Shown: positions 9,598 through 16,593 of the stretch, one piece after another
How positions within the stretch are numbered: position 1 is the first letter of the stretch
Layout: each line of letters opens with the position of its first letter
Assembly: GCF_018336915.1 (NCBI RefSeq)
Contig: NZ_CP064923.1
Location: 1,890,001-1,922,000 of the forward strand
Length of the DNA stretch: 32,000 nt
Origin: Acaryochloris marina S15
GTDB taxonomy: Bacteria > Cyanobacteriota > Cyanobacteriia > Thermosynechococcales > Thermosynechococcaceae
Direction of reading: 5' to 3'
Translations under genes and position numbers: made by a program
Notes under the pieces: model-generated
The model's input: only the letters and a program-made list of their open reading frames with translations
Database searches by the model: none
What the model was told of the DNA's origin: nothing

Positions 9598-9984
9598 ATG
9601 CCAGGTCCATCAAAAGCCGGTCTGTTTGTATATGCCAAATATCTCAAGTGCCTGGCGAATTTCTATGAAACGGTCTTAAAAATATCTGCTGTCCATCAGT
9701 CAGATGAATATGTTGTTTTGCAGTCTTCTGATATTCAGCTGATTATTCATGCCATACCTCAGCATATTGCGAAGGGCATCACTATTTCTTCTCCTCCAGA
9801 ACCACGAGAACAAACAGCACTCAAGTTTTTCTTTACGGTTTCCAGTCTTTCTGATGCAAGGCAAGCCGCAGCAGAGTTAGGGGGTGAAGTCTTCACTGAG
9901 CAATGGAGTAGCCCAGCTTTTCATGTTTGTAATGCTTGTGATCCAGAAGGGAATATTTTTCAGGTGCGTGAGGAGATTCATTAA
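9598..9984 (+). CDS. Small VOC/glyoxalase-like protein (128 aa)
   Basis: ATG 9598 is preceded by GGAGGA (7-nt spacer). The C-terminal pattern ALKFFFTV...GGEVFTEQW...CDPEGNIFQV is typical of the VOC fold. The track start at 9553 is probably too long. Confidence 0.65.
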   Translation: MPGPSKAGLFVYAKYLKCLANFYETVLKISAVHQSDEYVVLQSSDIQLIIHAIPQHIAKGITISSPPEPREQTALKFFFTVSSLSDARQAAAELGGEVFTEQWSSPAFHVCNACDPEGNIFQVREEIH

Positions 9985-10923
9985 TCGTTGAAATAAGCTA
10001 ATCGTCCATCCATGGCAAAGCTTAAATCACTCATCACTTTATTAACCCCACGGATCGGGATTGTTGGCAGCGGCTTAGGAAGTTCATATAGAACTCCAGA
10101 CTCAGTATCGTCAGATTAAATTTCCTGATCTAAGGGTTAGGGATTGAAGACGCAGTAGATTCTTCACTAATAATACCTAGTCAGAATAAATTAAGCTTTC
10201 CAGACTAGGATTGACCCCAAATAACGATATGGCAAGTAGTTTGCTGATTCTAGTATGTAAATTTTTATATGAGTGAAAACTATTTTCAGTTTTTAATTTT
10301 GATAATTTATGAAAAATAATAGCCATGCCTTTGGTAGTATTCTTAAAAAGTTTATAGATTCCCCTTTTTACAGCACTTAAGAGAAAACAACTATAGTCAA
10401 ACCTTGGCTCTATCTAGGTTAATAGGCCCTATCCTCTAGAGAATAGATCTCATGGGCAATTGCTTATTCTATTTGAGGAAATGGCTTTGTTTCTCCATTA
10501 AGGATTCTCCCAAAATCCAGCAGCCATTTTAGTGCAAGCTTTGGGATTTAAACCTGATAGTCTAGGCCAATCATAATTACTCATAGGATTTCTGCCTGCC
10601 ATTGTTATATCCCCCTATAGCAATCAGGAAGTGCTGAACATAGTTTGCTTTCCTTAAGTAAGCGTTTGGGAATGTTGTATTTCTATGCAATATTCCCTAT
10701 TCATATCTGAATATTTTTCGGTTAATTATCACGAAAAAATATTCCATCCTAGACTATTCGAAGTTAGTGAAAATCTTGCTTCATCTATAGTCTTGCAGAC
10801 CTTCTACTGATCTTATTCAGTACCAAGACAGTTTAAATGCTCATATTTCCGAACATCTAGATTTTGAGTTGTTCAGTTTTGCTCGCTCGTTTACATCTGT
10901 TTAATAGGAAGGAATTTATTCAT

Positions 10924-11343
10924 ATGCGACTATTCATTCGCCGTTTTTCTGTATTGGCTTTAGTTTTAGCCAGTTGTTTGAGTTTGACGGGTTGGCTACA
11001 ACCTGCCAGTGCATTGGATATTAATTTAGCTACGACTTACCGAAATCCCGTTGATGCCAAACTGGAAACAGATTTTGGTCAAAAAATTGACTTGAATAAT
11101 ACCAACGTCATTGCTTTTAGCCAATATAAGGGGCTTTACCCTACCATCGCCGGTAAAGTGGTTCAGAACGCTCCCTACAGTAGTGTCGAAGAAGTTTTAA
11201 ATATTGATGGCTTAACGGATACTCAAAAGAAAATGCTGCAGCAGCACCTCGGTGACTTTACGATTACGGCCCCAGATCCAGCTTTAGTCGGCGGCCAAGA
11301 TCGTTATAACCCAGGAGCTTATTATCCTGTTCGTCGCTCCTAA
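10924..11343 (+). CDS. psbU: Photosystem II 12-kDa extrinsic protein PsbU (precursor with signal peptide)
   Basis: The core [55 protein letters not shown]...GGQDRYNPG matches the conserved PsbU core. ATG 10924 is preceded by AGGAAGGA, and the N-terminus is signal-like ([21 protein letters not shown]). Confidence 0.9.
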   Translation: MRLFIRRFSVLALVLASCLSLTGWLQPASALDINLATTYRNPVDAKLETDFGQKIDLNNTNVIAFSQYKGLYPTIAGKVVQNAPYSSVEEVLNIDGLTDTQKKMLQQHLGDFTITAPDPALVGGQDRYNPGAYYPVRRS

Positions 11344-11347
11344 GTGT

Positions 11348-11389
11348 GAATGTACGGATGGGATTTAGGGGAGTTCCATCCGTGCATTC
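11348..11389 (+). terminator. Stem-loop downstream of psbU (14-bp stem)
   Basis: GAATGTACGGATGG (11348-11361) pairs with CCATCCGTGCATTC (11376-11389), with one G-U pair. It starts 5 nt after the psbU stop. No clear U-tract follows. Confidence 0.45.
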
Positions 11390-11472
11390 ATCCCTGAAAG
11401 TAACGCTTGAAACGGTTGAGCACGGGTAAGCCTTTATTGCCCGTTTGTTTCCAATAGTGGAGGCAATCCACC

Positions 11473-12660
11473 ATGCAAGTATTTTCTAGGCAAGGTTGGC
11501 AAGTCATCTGCCATCAACTGACGAGACTTGTAATCGGCATCATTTTGATTGGGACCGTTCTTTCTTTAGGCTGGCTGAATCATACTTCAGAATTTTGTTG
11601 GGCGGCTTTACCGACCGGAAATGCAACAACGAATCCCATGAGTATTCTGAGGCTGGCTTTACCTGTGGATAACGAGGCCATTCAAACCCTTCATCAATAC
11701 TTAGAAGAGATGCCTCAACAGCTTGATGATCCAGAAGCTCGATTACAACCCAAACAATGGTTTGAGATTGAGAATAAGGTCACAAAGGCGATTAAAACCT
11801 TTAATCAAGACGCATCCGATTTTCTTGCCGCGATTCCTACTCCCTTTCGGCCCCAGGCTTTGGTCCGCATGAATCAAATTAACGCAGCTCTAGCGGATCT
11901 AAAGATCCTGTCTGACCAACAAAATAAAGAACAATTTGTGGCTAAACGTACACAAGCCTGGAATTCGATAGATTTACTGGCAGCTTCTATGGAGTCACAA
12001 TTTCCTGTCAACATACCGAATGACTATCAAACTCTACCCCAGTTAAACGGCCGAGCCGTCGTGGTTCTCGACACTAGCAAGGGACCCATCACCATGATGG
12101 TGGATGGCTATAACGCCCCCATTACTGCAGGTAACTTTCTGGATCTCGTCCAGCGAGAGTTCTATGACGATCTAACGTTTACCCGTGAAGATGAGGCTTA
12201 TGTGGTGCAAGCTGGAAATCCAGAAGGACCACAAGCTGGATTTGTGGATCCGGAGACCAGTCAGTATCGCTCTATTCCTTTGGAGGTCATGGTCAAGGGA
12301 GTTTCTGAACCAGTCTATGGGTCTACTTTAGAAGAATTAGGGCTGTCTGATCCTGTGCTTCCTTTTTCTGCTTATGGGACGGTTGCTATGGGCCATCCTG
12401 CTGGTGACCCGAACGGTGGGTCATCTCAATTTTTCTTTCACTTATTTGAGCCCGATTTGACTCCTGCAGGATTAAATCTGCTGGATGGTCAATATGCCGT
12501 TTTTGGCTATGTGGTTGCTGGTCAAGACGTATTGGCTCAATTACAACATGGCGATCATCTGCGTTCCGCTAGGGTCGTTGATATTTCTCCACCCAATGGT
12601 TTCACTTTACGTTATCTGGATTGGATTCTAGTGCAAAACACCCCTATGTCCTTGGCTTAA
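11473..12660 (+). CDS. Cyclophilin-type peptidyl-prolyl cis-trans isomerase with a long N-terminal domain (thylakoid-lumen TLP40-like architecture)
   Basis: The C-terminal cyclophilin core reads GYNAPITAGNFLDLVQREFYDDLTFTR ... GTVAMGHPAGDPNGGSSQFFF ... LDGQYAVFGYVVAGQDVL. There is an N-terminal hydrophobic anchor or signal. GGAGG SD is present. Confidence 0.88.
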   Translation: MQVFSRQGWQVICHQLTRLVIGIILIGTVLSLGWLNHTSEFCWAALPTGNATTNPMSILRLALPVDNEAIQTLHQYLEEMPQQLDDPEARLQPKQWFEIENKVTKAIKTFNQDASDFLAAIPTPFRPQALVRMNQINAALADLKILSDQQNKEQFVAKRTQAWNSIDLLAASMESQFPVNIPNDYQTLPQLNGRAVVVLDTSKGPITMMVDGYNAPITAGNFLDLVQREFYDDLTFTREDEAYVVQAGNPEGPQAGFVDPETSQYRSIPLEVMVKGVSEPVYGSTLEELGLSDPVLPFSAYGTVAMGHPAGDPNGGSSQFFFHLFEPDLTPAGLNLLDGQYAVFGYVVAGQDVLAQLQHGDHLRSARVVDISPPNGFTLRYLDWILVQNTPMSLA

Positions 12661-12735
12661 TCCCTTTTGCCATTGCCAAGACCTGAATTGATTACATCAA
12701 AATTTATTCGTTATCCATAATCAATAACTTTAATC

Positions 12736-12945
12736 ATGAATAATCAACAATCAAACTTTTCAATCATTTATAGCGGTGATAATAGTTACTCTTCCGTTTT
12801 TACTGTTGTGAGTATCGTCGTTTTCTGGATTGTTTTGGTTTCAATAGTGATCACCATACTCGCCTATTCAGCTTCATCTTGTTCTTGTGAGACGACGGGA
12901 ACCTATTTTGATATTTGGCGTATAGCCTGTCGTCCCTGTGCATAA
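12736..12945 (+). CDS. Possible small membrane protein with Cys/Ser/Thr-rich C-terminus (69 aa)
   Basis: This is an ORF only. It has one hydrophobic helix (VFTVVSIVVFWIVLVSIVITILAY) and the tail SSCSCETTGTYFDIWRIACRPCA. No SD is present and the context is AT-rich. Confidence 0.25.
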   Translation: MNNQQSNFSIIYSGDNSYSSVFTVVSIVVFWIVLVSIVITILAYSASSCSCETTGTYFDIWRIACRPCA

Positions 12946-13149
12946 AGGATTCAAGCTATACCAAAGTTGCAAATCTACTTAGAAATGGCTTGAGCGGATA
13001 TTAGAATGCCAAGTGCTAAATACTAGCTAAGGGCAATCCCCAGGCAGGTCTACGAAAGAGCTGGCTGGGGAACTGTGGCTGGGCTATATGACTAGCGAAG
13101 GGTTGTAATTTTTCAGTAACCGTACCGGGCAAATAGCGGAGGAGAGCGT

Positions 13150-14250
13150 TCAAGCTGATGCTGCAGCCATACCTTGCTGAAGATGACGACGGATGGCTAC
13201 TTTTTCTAGCAAACCCATCAGCGCCCCACTTTCGTTAACCACCGCTATGGTTTGTAGTTTCTCCTTGTCCAGAAGAGCCACAATATCGAGCAGTGATTGA
13301 TTGGACTGCACGACTGGAGGGAGTACTGTCGGCTGTAAGATTTCTTGGACTGACACTTGGGGCCATTGCATAGTGGGAACAGTATTCAGATCTTCTAAGT
13401 TGACGGACCCCACGAGCTGTCCTTGCTCATCGACGACGAGAAACTTAGAAACCTTACCCTGATAAGGGATAGCCTGATTGGCAAGCTGTCGGAGGGAATC
13501 ATTGAGTTCAATAACAAACTCACCTTCGGTCACCACATCTGCTGCAGTGTATCGACTCAGCTCTTCCTGAAGCTTAGAAGATTGGAACGCTCGCCCTGCA
13601 TTTTGGTACAAGAACCAACCAATCAGTGCATTCCAGACACTGAGACTCAGGATACCGGATGCGATCGCAACACCCCCCACAACCTGTCCAGCGCGAGCTG
13701 CGATTCTGATGCCTCGATAACGATTGCCCGTAAACTTCCACACCGCTGCTTTCAGGACATTGCCACCATCTAGAGGAAGACCTGGAATCATATTGAACAA
13801 AGCAAGGAATAGGTTAATCGTGGCGAGAAACCCAACGATGGCAGCAATCGGGCCGCTAGGCAGCATCATGCCCCCATAGGAGAGTATCGCCCAAAGGAGA
13901 ACGCTGACGGCAGGACCGGCGATGGCAATGGCAAACGCCCCTGCAGGTGTTTTAGATTCTTCCTCAAGACTGGCTAGTCCTCCAAACAGAAAGAGTGAAA
14001 TGGACTTAACCTCAATCCCTTGCCGCATCGCCACCAGGCTATGACCGAGTTCATGGGCGAGTACCGAACTAAACAGCAGAAGTGCTGTTCCTAACCCTAG
14101 AAGCCAGGGTCCAATCCCGATTAACTCTGGAAACTGAGCAGCTAGACCATTGCCATAGGTCCAAGAAAAAAACGCTAACACCAGAAACCATGATGCATTG
14201 AGATAGAAAGGGATGCCAAAGAGGCTACCTAGTCTAAAGTTACTGTTCAT
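13150..14250 (-). CDS. Site-2 protease family (M50) zinc metalloprotease with C-terminal CBS pair
   Basis: It has an HELGH zinc motif inside a transmembrane segment, the LDG motif (GLPLDGGNV), multiple TM helices, and a C-terminal CBS-pair-like region. ATG 14250 is preceded by AGGAG (7-nt spacer). The track's upstream extension to 14388 looks like 5' UTR. Confidence 0.88.
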   Translation of the reverse strand: MNSNFRLGSLFGIPFYLNASWFLVLAFFSWTYGNGLAAQFPELIGIGPWLLGLGTALLLFSSVLAHELGHSLVAMRQGIEVKSISLFLFGGLASLEEESKTPAGAFAIAIAGPAVSVLLWAILSYGGMMLPSGPIAAIVGFLATINLFLALFNMIPGLPLDGGNVLKAAVWKFTGNRYRGIRIAARAGQVVGGVAIASGILSLSVWNALIGWFLYQNAGRAFQSSKLQEELSRYTAADVVTEGEFVIELNDSLRQLANQAIPYQGKVSKFLVVDEQGQLVGSVNLEDLNTVPTMQWPQVSVQEILQPTVLPPVVQSNQSLLDIVALLDKEKLQTIAVVNESGALMGLLEKVAIRRHLQQGMAAASA

Positions 14251-15073
14251 GAAAAAACTCCTAATTGCATTGATGAGCAACACCCATCGAAAGGTCAACG
14301 GTAGGAATTGCTCCGTACTGATAATTGTAACGAAATGTAAATGATGACCTTTCCGTACTAACCGCCCTAGAGAGTTCGGTTGTCCCATGGCGTTGGACGA
14401 TCAGGTGCTGTCTATCCCTGTCTAATCTCAAAGCTCTCAATGATGGTTTGCCAAAATTGCTGGAGCAATGAATGGAGTGAGCAGGTTGTAGAAAAGTCGA
14501 TTTGCCTTTTGGATCGCGATTCAATATACAGACGTCGGTATTTTAGAAGTTGAGCAAGCATAGAACTTTGAGTGATTCCAACAAGCCAAACAGAATCCCT
14601 CCGGTCATGGTCTAGGACTTCACATTTATGCTAGCCAGTGATTCAAGCTCATGGGGAGGATTGTTGGTGAGATCGCAACCTGGTCAAGGCAGCACCTTTA
14701 CGATGTTCTTGCCCCTATCTTCGGTGGGATAGTAATACGACTTGCGATCGCAGTTATCATCAAAAGCCCTAAATGGCATAGATATCAATGCTTCAGAGCC
14801 ATTTTTTCATTGAGAATTGCCATTGCCAAGGAGCGGTCCTCTCTTCGCGATCTCACTACTGAGTCGATACTCATTCAACGATCCAGATCGCAATCACTCA
14901 CCATTTTTCTTGCCCACCGCTCATTTGTTTCTAAGTCTTTAGATAGAGATATCTTCTCCATCAACTCCCTCTCGGGCCTGATGTAGAGCATAAGTAAAAC
15001 GCTTAGTCTTAAAGGGCAACAGTATGAATGGAGTTAAATCCAGGTGCAACTAGGAATCCAATATTCGATGGCA

Positions 15074-15277
15074 ATGACCCATATTCGGTGGAAGAGATTA
15101 TTGATCTCAATCATCGTTTGGGTTGTTTCAGAAATTGGATTGACCTGGATAGGTTTAGATGATCTGGCAGATTGTAGTGAATACATTTTTAAGCACCGAG
15201 AGGTTGCTATTGAAATTTCACCCGTGCTTCAGGAGCTACCCACGACTGCACTTGTCATTCCTCAAATTAACTCGTGA
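15074..15277 (+). CDS. Possible small membrane protein
   Basis: ORF reading MTHIRWKRLLISIIVWVVSEIGLTWIGLDDLADCSEYIF..., with one TM helix. The start is uncertain (GTG 15044, ATG 15068 or ATG 15074). Confidence 0.3.
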   Translation: MTHIRWKRLLISIIVWVVSEIGLTWIGLDDLADCSEYIFKHREVAIEISPVLQELPTTALVIPQINS

Positions 15278-15290
15278 TCATAAGCAACTG

Positions 15291-15695
15291 ATGATTGAAT
15301 TAGAGATAGAAATTTTCATGTTTTTTGAACAAATAACCTATCCATTTATGGGGATAGATCAGCGGATATCATCTTGTACCTTGACGATTTGTCGCAGGCC
15401 CGATTTTGATGTGGTCATCATCAAAAACTCTGATCAGGTAGATGAAACCTTACCCATTAAAAAATTGGAAGTGATCGCAGCAGGTGTAACGCAAGACTAT
15501 CAAATTGATCCAGATCGGACCTGTTGGTTAATACAAACCCCTGAACCGTTAAATTTACTGGGTGAATATCGCAAAATACCCATTCAAAACAAGCGAGAAG
15601 GAATGACGTTGGATACTTCTGAACAGCCTTGGTCTTACTTATCTAAGTCAGAAGTGGAAATCATGACTGGAGCTAGCTTAAGAGCGGCTGCATAG
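15291..15695 (+). CDS. Hypothetical protein
   Basis: The ORF in the track (15159..15695) overlaps the upstream ORF. The internal ATGs at 15291 or 15318 start just after that ORF's stop (15277). No family recognised. Confidence 0.4.
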   Translation: MIELEIEIFMFFEQITYPFMGIDQRISSCTLTICRRPDFDVVIIKNSDQVDETLPIKKLEVIAAGVTQDYQIDPDRTCWLIQTPEPLNLLGEYRKIPIQNKREGMTLDTSEQPWSYLSKSEVEIMTGASLRAAA

Positions 15696-15768
15696 TCACC
15701 CCCTTCAATCATTTAAAGTTTCCCAAGCTATCCCGCTGGGAGCATTGTCGTCCTCTAGGAGAAAATAT

Positions 15769-16023
15769 ATGGCAGCTTCATCACCGTTAACAGGCATTGA
15801 ACTCATTAACTGTGCCAAAGCCAATGCAAAGAAAGGGGCTAAACTTGCAGCTCAACGATGCGGTTACCCCGAGAAGACTGAAGAATTTATAGCAGCTGTA
15901 CAAGACGCCTGCCAAAGTATTGGTGTAGAAATTGATGAATTGCGTGATTTGATCGCAGATCAGCAGAAGGTCATGGTCCTACCTGGGATAGAGATTGCCC
16001 CAGAGAGCCTTTCTAGCTTGTAG
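15769..16023 (+). CDS. Hypothetical small soluble protein (84 aa)
   Basis: ATG 15769 is preceded by AGGAGA (7-nt spacer). Sequence: MAASSPLTGIELINCAKANAKKGAKLAAQRCGYPEKTEEFIAAVQDACQSIGVEIDEL... No family recognised. Confidence 0.5.
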   Translation: MAASSPLTGIELINCAKANAKKGAKLAAQRCGYPEKTEEFIAAVQDACQSIGVEIDELRDLIADQQKVMVLPGIEIAPESLSSL

Positions 16024-16087
16024 TCACGGTCACTCTTTGATGCAAACGATCTCTAAAAAGTACCGATAAATCCGTCCTTCTCAAATC

Positions 16088-16588
16088 ATGCAATTTTTCC
16101 CTCTGATGAATTTCCAGCGCTATACCCTAACCAAAACCTTCATCGCTCTAAGCTTAGGAGTGAGCATGGCAAGTGCTCAAGCTCTTCCTAGTCAATCAGT
16201 TCAGCCCAATCAGCCTATGGTCGAAACTAGCGATGAGTCTTATTTGTATGGGCAAGTCAAGCAACCTAATCAACTGCAACAAGGCTATGTGGTGTTCGAG
16301 CAGTTTGGAGATACGGTAGTAGGCGCTTCCTATTATCCTCGTTCTGAGTTCCGGTGCTTTATTGGTAACTTCAACTCCAAGTCAGAAGCGTTGTCTGGCG
16401 TTATGCTAGCGGCAATGCAGACGGAGCAAGCGACTGTTAATATCGATTTATCTTCTCTGCATCCAATTAATACCTTGAGCCAAAATGACCAGCGTCTATT
16501 GGCGACCTGTAAACAAGTTGCAGTGAATCGCCAAGACCAGCTCCCTGCCCAATGGCAGAGTGTCCCTTCTGCCTGGTTACAGCAGTAG
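16088..16588 (+). CDS. Hypothetical secreted protein
   Basis: The N-terminus is signal-peptide-like (…TLTKTFIALSLGVSMASAQA/LPSQ). The start is either 16088 or ATG 16106. No family recognised. Confidence 0.55.
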   Translation: MQFFPLMNFQRYTLTKTFIALSLGVSMASAQALPSQSVQPNQPMVETSDESYLYGQVKQPNQLQQGYVVFEQFGDTVVGASYYPRSEFRCFIGNFNSKSEALSGVMLAAMQTEQATVNIDLSSLHPINTLSQNDQRLLATCKQVAVNRQDQLPAQWQSVPSAWLQQ

Positions 16589-16593
16589 GACTT

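Noticed and set aside
10012-10119. 35-aa ORF with an IGIVGSGLG dinucleotide-binding-like N-terminus
   Set aside because: It is too short to call as a gene, and nothing downstream continues the frame. I mention it only as a possible gene stump in the AT-rich gap finding.
14251-14388. 46-codon N-terminal extension of the site-2 protease ORF in the track
   Set aside because: The internal ATG at 14250 has a canonical AGGAG SD and begins the conserved first TM segment. The extension looks non-coding.
14651-14986. 111-aa plus-strand ORF
   Set aside because: It has no SD, an odd Arg/Ser/Ile-rich composition and no recognisable motif. I left it uncalled and treated the interval as an unexplained gap.
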